From Antedon mediterranea (Eukaryota; Animalia; Echinodermata): DNA of 64,000 bases. Below, in pieces: positions 55,095 through 64,000 of this stretch. The notes below the pieces were generated by a model. The model was given only the letters and a program-made list of their open reading frames with translations, did not search any database and had not been told where the DNA came from. The first letter of the stretch is position 1; every line of letters begins with the position of its first letter. The stretch spans positions 25,792,001 through 25,856,000 of the forward strand of contig NC_092674.1 in assembly GCF_964355755.1 (NCBI RefSeq). Direction: 5' to 3'. The position numbers were made by a program, and so were the translations under genes.

Positions 55095-57979
55095 TTAGAC
55101 GACTTGTCTACAAGAAATTAATTGAGTATTGTGATTTGTCAATTACATCACGTGACTCAATTCCCAGTAAATCGTCTACCTGCCTATTGTGTAGTATTTA
55201 GTTAGTTGCTGAAGAAGATTTTTATCATTTCATTATTTATATATTCGGTCTATTTCAGTATAAACATAACAAAAAAAAACCTGAAATTGGGGAGACCAGG
55301 GTCAACCTAAGTGAATTAATCACTGTAGCTGAGCCGGTTAACCCAACACCAAAGTCAGGTCTTAGAGCTGCAGCATCAGCATCAGATAAGGATCGAAAAT
55401 TTCACATGGAATTATTGGTAGTTTGAGGTAATAAACATCATTTAAAATGATGTCTTTCTTGAATTGATTCTGAATCTTATGGTTTATAAGACTTACCCGT
55501 CAGCTTCTTTCGCAACGTTACCAAAATCTGTAACAAAACATCGAAAGATGTTAATGTCAATAATAACTGCAGTGCATGAATCTCATGTTCATTGTGATTT
55601 TTTTATTTAACAGATTCTGAAATATATATATATATTATTCGGCGTATAAAACTTACCATTGGCTTCTTTCTCAACTCTACCAAGAGGAGCTGCAGGTGGT
55701 AAAAATGATATTTTTGGCCATTAAAAAAACCCCTGTACTAAATACAATCATTATTGGTATAACGAATTTAAAATACTAAAACCTAAAAAAGACTATTACT
55801 ACAGACTTTGAGCAAGTATACACCGGTGGTATAAAATAATAATCTGAATATTATATTAGGCACTCTTCACCAAAAAAAAGTCTCATAAAAATCAAAGTTG
55901 GTCGATTCCTTACTATAGAGACTATGCTCTACTAATGCATTATAATAGATAGATTAGGCCTTATCTATATTTTTTTCCAAATTATCATCAATATATTTTC
56001 GTCAGTGATTAATATTTCATAAGTTTTAAAGATTATTATTAGTTTAGACGAGACTTACATTTAGCTTCTCTCTCAATTCTACCAGAAGCTGATGACAAAA
56101 TGAACACAGAATAATTAGTTTAGTAGCCCTATTTTCACTGCGGTGTTTAAGTATATCGTAGGCCTACACAAAATATTGCTTTAGATACATTTATGGTAAA
56201 TCTGCATATTCATGAATCTGTATTGACGGCCTATATATTTTTGTAAGATTAACTAGTTCTTCCCACTTTATTTATATTTCTGGCTCTTTAATTTTGAATC
56301 AATTAGATACTATAGTATTGTTAACTCTTCCTCTCTGTCAACTTATCGCAAAAAAAAAAAATTAAAAATCATTTTTATCATTGTACTCAAACTAGACCTT
56401 CAAACTGTTTTTGTCATGACATTTTTTATTTTATATATATAATTATTTACAAATGTACTTGCGTGACAAGAAATCTCTTCTTGGAAGATCCTCTATTAAT
56501 GGTATTTTTGTATTTTCTCATTATAAATTATCATTTTTTTTTATTGTATTGCTTTTAATAGAAACTAATAAATGTTGAGAAACAAAGATTTAGCAGAAGA
56601 AGAATTTTAATTAATTAATTTAAGTTTGCGGTACACAATTGTTGCTAAAACGGAAATAATGACGTTCAAGAGAGGATGTCTCAACTTTACTATGATCCTT
56701 TCGGAAACATCTTATACTTTATAGATTATAAATTTCTAATTTCCAAAAGTATTCAAACATACCATGAAGCATATTCCCCTTGTTTATTTGTGGTCTGTTA
56801 TCTGTGAAGGTAATACAATAAAAACAATATTTATACAGATACGATACTGATTTTAAAATAAAACCCGTAAAATCAAAATTACTAAAAGTGTTAACATTAA
56901 AATAAAACGTTAGTTTGGATCAGGGAAGAGTGAAATTACTCTAAAGGGTCGTTCACACCTGTTCCGGCACGGTTCCGGTCCGGCGAATCGAACATCAATG
57001 TTTCATTTTTACGCGGCTATGCGCCAATCGATATGTGCGTAGCCGCGTGAAAACGAAACATTGACGTTCGATTAAATTTTCCGGCGCCGGACCGGAACCG
57101 TGCCGGAACAGGTGTGAAAGACCCTTAATTCTAATTCTATTTTCAGTCTTCCCTGGTTTTATTTGGACAATTAGACAACAACGACCTCTCAGCACCCTCT
57201 GTACTTCTGTTGTTCACCAATACCATCCATTGCTGTGTTGCGTGATTTAGTCAACAATGAAAGAAATTCCTCTTTTTGAATTTAACCATGGAGCTATACA
57301 ATTTTATAGCTCCATGATTTAACTATTATCGAGGTATTATTATTATTGTATGACAATGGCTCGTTTGATTTACAGCAAAATACTCTGCCCAGCATTTTTC
57401 ATTGTGTGTTTTGATTGTAATTATGATTTTTAGAATAAATAAACGAAACGATATAGATTATATAATGGGGTTGCTTTCACATCGCGGCCCGGATTCGGTC
57501 CGGTGCCTTGAGAAAAATATCGTGGAAAATGGATTCAGTGGTAAAACGTATAAAGCAAGATTCACTCAAAATCCTTACGATTTGAATCAGTACCTGATTC
57601 GGACTCCGAATTCGGTCTAAACAAATAGTCTGACCTTTTGGCTCCGACTACTGATTTTTAACTGAGCTATATCGTTCGTAAGTTTCGTGAAATTCACAAA
57701 AAGACGTTAACAGAATAGGCCCAATTTATACTTACCTACTTTTCCAAAAAGCAAGGCGTCAGTGGTTAAGGTTCCGACCACCAGGATTACCACGAGGATT
57801 TGCATACTATAACGATAATTGATAGTTAGGTCTATTTTAGAGATATCTAGTTTCTGCTAGGTTATGGCTTGATTAATGATATGAACCATAAACAATATAG
57901 GCTATAAGACCCATAATTTACGTACCTTTAATCATAATTAATTTAACTTATAGATAGCTACTTACCGAGAAGAAATCAT
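55095..57979 (-). CDS. Micro-exon secreted-peptide gene, copy B (about 76 aa, intact signal peptide)
   Basis: Exons: 57979-57966, 57806-57736, 56801-56763, 56088-56059, 55689-55657, 55527-55497, 55107-55095 (TAA). They read MISSRMQILVVILVVGTLTTDALLFGKV-DNRPQINKGNMLH-ASGRIEREAK-SPLGRVEKEAN-DFGNVAKEAD-GQVV*. All are AG/GT bounded, phase-consistent and homologous to copy A. A candidate non-coding first-exon donor lies at about 58489. Confidence 0.68.
56946..57125. mobile_element. GC-rich palindromic MITE (Harbinger-like)
   Basis: TIR of about 40 bp, agggtc.ttcacacctgttccggcacggttccggtccggcg and its inverse, with TAA flanks; absent from copy A. Confidence 0.85.
57286..57315. mobile_element. 30-bp palindromic insertion with a 7-bp target duplication
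   Basis: atttaac[catggagctata caattt tatagctccatg]atttaac; copy A has the single empty site gaatttaactatt at about 51975. Confidence 0.75.
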
Positions 57980-58363
57980 AATGCCAAGAGTGTACAAATT
58001 AATATAACTAAATCTGAAGTAATACTAAAAACGAATGCGTCACAAACTGTAACTGTTAGTTTATATACAGTTAATATACAGAATATTCAATTTTCAAATA
58101 AGGGGCGTTGTGTTAAAATATAATAGTTTTCCCCTTTTATTATCCATTTAAGTTCACTTTTGGTGCTTAAAGCTTCATTGTAAGATACAGTATATATTAT
58201 CTTGCAATTGCCAAGTTAGAATGTTGTCAAGAACACAAATGTTTGTTACTTTGTTTTTCTTCTCATTTTGGTATGGATATTCCATTCAGATATTCCATTC
58301 ATTCAGATAATTTCCACCATTGTATTTTCTTATAATAAATCAACCAACTCTACAGTGTATCCT

Positions 58364-58364
<1 letters not shown>

Positions 58365-58417
<53 letters not shown>
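58365..58417 (+). repeat. (ATC)n microsatellite
   Basis: Directly visible; explains the poly-I and poly-S ORFs. Confidence 0.95.
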
Positions 58418-58418
<1 letters not shown>

Positions 58419-58679
58419 GTCGGCTGCGATGCAGGCGACTACAAGCTTTCTCCAGTGTATCCTTTATTCATCCTTTTAATCACCTTACCGTGTCTTCTCG
58501 GCTCTAAATTTCTCAAGGATTTTAAAAGAACCATTGAACAACCAACAAAGGAGAAAGATAGTCATTTGTTCAATGATACTAGATCTAAAATTAACAGTTA
58601 TTGGAGGCATGTTGTCTATCTGTAGGGTCATATTCGAAGCACCCACATAGATGGCCTTGGGCGCACCCTCAGTATATTT

Positions 58680-58751
58680 GGCTCGTTGGTCTAGTGGTAT
58701 GATTCTCGCTTCGGGTGCGAGAGGTCCCGGGTTCAACTCCCGGACGAGCCC
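58680..58751 (+). tRNA. tRNA-Pro(CGG)
   Basis: Identical to 49398-49469; a T4 terminator follows. Confidence 0.97.
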
Positions 58752-60639
58752 ATTTTGTATTGTTGGTATTTTGTTAAACATATAATTGTAAAATAAAATA
58801 TTACGGAAGTAAGTATTTTATTTTTCTGTCTAATTTTCTTCCTTTGTTATCGTTTTATACGGTACATTGACGTCATTTCTTAACGCTCCTTTTTCCCTCC
58901 ATGTGAGGTCCTACTGCATACGGGCAATGCATACGACCTATAACCACATTTTCATAGCCTAAGCTATGGCGTATGACACGAGTCTTTTTGATATTCGTCG
59001 CTGCAGAACAGAATCTTCTTTTCAATCATATATCCCACGTGTTACCAGAATTTGAAACAACTTATCCGTTGAAATTCGCAACTTAGATATTTCTGTTAGT
59101 TCTTTTAAAACCAAATTATTTAAATCATCTCAACATTTATTTTTTAAAGAATTTTTATAATGAAAATGTGTGTAGTTGGTCGCTTTCTTGTAGATGCTTT
59201 AATTGTAGAACGTAATTTTTTTTTCTGTCCTCTGTTCTGGGTTGACCAACTAGCATAGGGGTTTAGCACCTGATTGGTCTTTCCTTGACTTTTATACTTG
59301 TTTTGTCTTGTCTGTGTATGGCAGAAATTGAATTTAAAAAAAATTAAGTTTGGTTTCCACTTGGACGCATGACATAACGATATTATGTAAGTGAGTTCAC
59401 CAATCACAAGCAGCAGTTTGGATCAGGGTGGAAGCAGCTAGCGAGATAGTCCTAATTGACAAATTCTCGATTCCGTGTAGGCCTACCTTTTTAGTAATGC
59501 AATAATCCAACCTGTTTTCTGCAGAGGATTTTTAATTCTCTTTTATTTTCTATTTGCATTGACCTTATCATATATTGACCTTCCTATTCACTAATTCTCT
59601 GTGAACACGGCGATTTTGTTTTACCATTTTATTCACTCCAGGACGGATTATTCACCATTCAATGTAAATTATTATATTGTGTGAGGTCACTGTGACGAGC
59701 TAAAATAACAAGATTATTATCAAGGGCTAGTCAGGAATTCAAACGTGGACTCTTGGACCTTTGTTCATGCTTAGACCACACAATGTCATGTCTTATTTAT
59801 GGATTTCATTACAATGAAATAATCTCTAATAATTTCAGTTCATTTGTAGAGCCTTAAGGACAACTCCGACAACGTCGTACTACGAGGCCCAGCGAGTCGT
59901 CTCATCGGTAGAAATTAAAAATGTTTAAAGTTCTCGCGACGACCTAAAAACTACGCTCGGCGCTATCGCTGGGCCTCGATCGTCGGTACGATGCTGTCTG
60001 AGTTGGCATTTAAGTGTTCACAATGAACGTGAAAAGTTCCTTGAGATTCGATTCGAACCTGGACTTTTCACCATCATATTATTACTAGATAGACAAACAC
60101 CCGCCATAGCATTGCTTATACCAGGGCAGAGCGCCATCACTCTTTCCTGCCTATGAACTTCTACAAATAGTGCGAACGATCATAAGGCAGATGTTAAATC
60201 AAGGAATTATTCTATTGGTCGAAAATAATAAACTTGATTGAATATTGGCGCTATCAGTGGAGCGTCAACATAGAAACTACAAAAACGAAACAGTCCAGAG
60301 CAGGACTGCCACGATAATATAATTTAAACATAGAATGGTAAATGTTAAGAATCATTAAAACATATTAAAATAAAAAATATACAGCCAAGATATGAAAACA
60401 ATAACACAAGAGAAAAATTAAAATAAGTTAGTAATAAATATATGTAAAAAATAAAAATACTCTTTTTTAAAAATGTTTATAGTTTCTTCCAAGCTGCGTC
60501 TGAGTAGCAAATACTGAATATGGTGAGATAATAAGCGTTTCGATTGCCTTTATTTGTATTGTATCATGAGAACTTGACAAGCGTGAGTGAAACACCTGTC
60601 AATATTGGCGCTTTGAGCATTTCATATGTAGCATTCTGG

Positions 60640-61081
60640 ATTTAACCAATCAGAGACGAGAGAGGTCATAATATTAAATTATTCACAGAAGAAACATGGC
60701 ATCAACCTTTGATGACGGATGATAGGCTAATAATAATAGGCCTATACTTTTGAGTAATACATATGAAGTGTGCAAAATAGAAGATGGTGAAATGAATCAG
60801 AAATTATAACCGTTCATCATTAGTTCTAGGCATTCCACGAGTAAAGTACCGCGTAGAGGCCTACCTACAAAGGCCTAGCCTAGGCTACTAGTACTACACT
60901 AACCTAGCCTAGGTTAGGTAGAACCCTCGGCGCGAGAGGAAATTGAAGCCTGGTCCATTTGGCAGTGGTGGTGTTGGCCTAGAGACTAGAGAAGCCTAGC
61001 AAACTCGCGGATGATGTGTGGCTCACATTATCTAATAATTAGCCTATGATATGGCAGAAACTAGGTTTACCTAGCCTACTG
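60640..61081 (+). promoter_or_regulatory. Possible promoter and first exon of a + strand gene running out of the window
   Basis: CCAATCAG at about 60646, a GC-richer TAGGCCTA/TAGCCTA-dense patch, and a strong donor ctg|gtaagt at 61081/61082. Confidence 0.35.
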
Positions 61082-61924
61082 GTAAGTTATTTATACAAAT
61101 AGTAAGTAAGTTATTTATTTATCAATCGGTAATTAAATTATTTTAATGACTGGAGTTTGACATTGATTTTATTTTATACTATTAATTGTCTGTTCTTGAG
61201 ACTGTCGGTCATCTTAAATCTAATCTTTCTCCGTACATTCTGTTTTTTTTTCATATATATTCTTTGATTATAAATATAATAGTGATATTACTGTAGGCCT
61301 AGTAGTAGTAGGCCTACGGGAACACAGCCTTATTGCTTGATTTATTTTAAAAAGGTTAGATCCGGGTTTAAATGTATACAATTATTGGACGTTCTCGTAA
61401 TAAATAATTAGCGCCTTTTAAAAGGGTGGTGCGCCCTCTGTAACACATTTGTAATGTTTCTAAAGACGTTATATAAGATAATAATCATCATACATGGAGG
61501 AATTACAATATGATCTGTCTTGCTTTCGCCTAGTTCGCCCTCTAGTTCTTTTTTTAGGTGTAGGCCCACATAAGTTTAAGGGCGACAATTATACCTATGC
61601 ATTTTCTACCCCATTCTATTGCATAATCCAGAAAAAGAACTCACTCGTCTTGAAAACATTATCAAAATGTTGAGCCTACAACATTGTACACTGGAAAATT
61701 GCTAGTAGGCGTAGTAGTAGCCTTAAGTAAGAATCATTGCAATGAAATAATTGTAATCAAATCGTGGTCCTTCGCCGTAGCTAACGCAAGCTGTACAAAA
61801 GATACACTCATGTGCAGTACGATATATTTTGTTTTATTCGACAAAATGTAGAGGATGGCATGAACAGGCCCATGTATATCTGACACTTCGACGGACACGA
61901 GTTATCGTGCGCCGACGAGCATTA

Positions 61925-62089
61925 AGCTTGGTTCCCACTAGAACGTAACGCAAGGCAAGCGTTTTAACCAATGACAAGCGAAGTTATAGACAGTTAGCAA
62001 TCACAAGCGAATACGCCATCGCTTGTGATTGGTCAATTCACTTGCGTTGCGTTACGTCCTTGCGTTGCGTTGCTAGTGGGAACCACGCT
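61925..62089. mobile_element. MITE family B, copy 2
   Basis: TIR agcttggttcccactag...ctagtgggaaccacgct with TAA/TTA flanks. Confidence 0.8.
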
Positions 62090-62497
62090 TTAGTTGTTGA
62101 TAGATACACACTGGCGCATGATCATTACTAATATTAATGTAATAAATAAACCCTCTTTATCCAATTTACATCCATTGACTTTAATAGGTCTCCGAAGATA
62201 TTAATGGACATGTTTTTTTCTATCATCATCAGCGGCGAGTTTTGACACAAGATTCTTGTTAAAAAAACACAGCATTGATTAAAAAAACATAACATGTTCT
62301 ATCATAAAAGGGCCGCTGCTTTCAGTCTATGTCGTGTCGAGACCTAGTTATTCTAATTATTATCCACTCATCACATTATCAGTATGCAGGCCTATGATAC
62401 GTATGTTTTCATTAGGCCCATCCTACGAAGAGACAGCTAACGTATTTGAAGTAAACTTGAATTATTTTGTCTATTTCTAAATGATCAATAATGTCAT

Positions 62498-63529
62498 TTG
62501 TTAAATAATACGAACCAAAGTGACTGTTTCTTTTCGTAGAATTAAAATACGGGTCGATTATTATAAATTTTTTTCAAAAACATCGAGGTCGATACATTTA
62601 TTATTGATTTTCAACCAAATTGCCGAAGGATATCCACAGTAATAACGCCGCTCTATAATTGCATGTCAGTTTATTATTGCCTGTTTTGGTACTAGAACGA
62701 TGCCCGTGTGTTGCGGTCACTTCGTGGTGTCAAAGGTGTGGGTATAGTTGGTAGGCTATAGTGTTCATTTTGTATGAATTGGTGGCGGCCAGAAGTCTCA
62801 TACTTCAGTAAAAATCAAGTCCAGGATTGAACCAAGCCCAGGATTGTGATCTAAAATCGGCCTTCACTTTGCTTTGATCCATTTCCCACTGCTTTGCCAC
62901 ATGTCCAAAATGTTGATCCGATGGTTACTAGGGTGCGGCTGCTCCACCAGGGCTGTGACACAATATCCAGAGATGTTAACATTCAATACGACCAGAAATG
63001 TCTGTACTTTAAGGTTAATTCTCCTTCGTAAAAGTTCATTATGATTAATACATAATAATACAGGATTGTTATTATTTTTAATTAATGATTTAATGATGAT
63101 TTTATTTTATTCGGAAAATCATTAAAATACACGAAAACAATACAACGTTATAACATTAACTCTGACAGTGACATAAATGGATTTTTTAGGATTTTAGTTA
63201 TTTTTCCCAGTTTGGTCATTAATTTTTTAAAGCAGATTGTTAAATAATACGAACCAAAGTGACGGTTTCTTTTCGTAGAACAAATACGGGTCGATTTTTT
63301 TTACCTTTATTATTAATTTTTAAAAAGCATCGAGATTGATACATTTATTATTGAGTTTCAAACAAATTGCCGAAGGGTATCCACAGTAATAACGCCGCTC
63401 TATAATTGCATGTCAGGTTATTATTGCCTGTTTTGGTACTAGAACGATACCCGTGTGTTGCGGTCATTTCGTGGTGTCGAAGGTGTGGGTTGAGTTGGTA
63501 GGCTATAGCGTTTTGTATGGATTGGTGGC
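62498..63529 (+). repeat. Direct duplication of about 290 bp (62498-62787 and 63238-63529)
   Basis: ttgttaaataatacgaaccaaagtgac...attggtggc is nearly identical in the two copies, which are separated by about 450 bp. Confidence 0.9.
62901..63013 (+). other. Candidate coding exon (MSKMLIRWLLGCGCSTRAVTQYPEMLTFNTTRNVCTL)
   Basis: Kozak-like gccacATG, an open frame to aag|gttaat, and an upstream acceptor cttcag| at about 62808; no recognisable domain. Confidence 0.25.
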
Positions 63530-64000
63530 AGATTAAAAACTCAATTATGAAATTATATGTATATTGAAATTTGGGGCTGAAACGTCAGCGCAATGAAAAA
63601 AAACATCTTCATAGAAAAATGATTATAATTATACGGATTAAAAGTTGTACAATGACACATGTGATCTATTTTGTATAAAAGGTTGTCGTAATATTGCCAA
63701 AGGTTATAATATGTTATTGTAATATAAAATGTATACTTTTAAAAATCCATGTCAGGTTCATTAATTTCAAAATAATTTATAAGACCTCATTGCGTGTATT
63801 TTCAAGTTTCAAGTTTATTGTTTCACAAAATACAATACAATACAATATGAACAGAAGCATAAATTAATAAATACAATTGTGTGAGGAGGACGCATTAAGC
63901 CAAGGCTTTAAGTTTGGTCCTCCAGATTTTCATCCCAAATGAATAATTCTAATCTTCTTATGAAAACAATAATAGTAATTAGTAAAGTCAGGTTTACGGC

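Noticed and set aside
57224-57232. Possible 9-nt micro-exon (CAATGGATG) in copy B
   Set aside because: The donor is weak, and the equivalent in copy A would be 11 nt and break the frame.
58268-58625. Poly-Ile and poly-Ser ORFs
   Set aside because: Caused by an (ATC)n microsatellite.
58485-58781. 98-aa minus-strand ORF
   Set aside because: It is an antisense read-through of a tRNA-Pro gene and its flank.

Overview
AT-rich, intron-rich animal genomic DNA. It is probably from an invertebrate deuterostome such as an echinoderm, but that is inference only. From left to right the window holds: (1) two tandem + strand paralogues of the proteolipid protein (PLP/DM20/M6) tetraspan family; (2) a convergent OFD1 gene on the - strand with at least 24 coding exons, the same tail-to-tail pairing as human OFD1-GPM6B; (3) a POLR3F (RNA Pol III subunit RPC6) gene with an intronless CDS; and (4) four tRNA-Pro(CGG) genes interleaved with two copies of an unannotated micro-exon gene. 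The micro-exon gene has exons of 14-71 nt, is missed by the ORF track, and encodes a small secreted peptide built from a repeated 10-aa module. This tRNA plus micro-exon cassette (about 49.4-58.9 kb) is the best candidate for an undescribed system. Repeats include a 5S-derived SINE family, Deu/Nin-domain tRNA SINEs, several PIF/Harbinger-like MITE families, a Helitron, a CR1-type LINE fragment and minisatellites. Gene models were built by hand from GT-AG boundaries and frame continuity. Family names come from recognised motifs, not from database searches.
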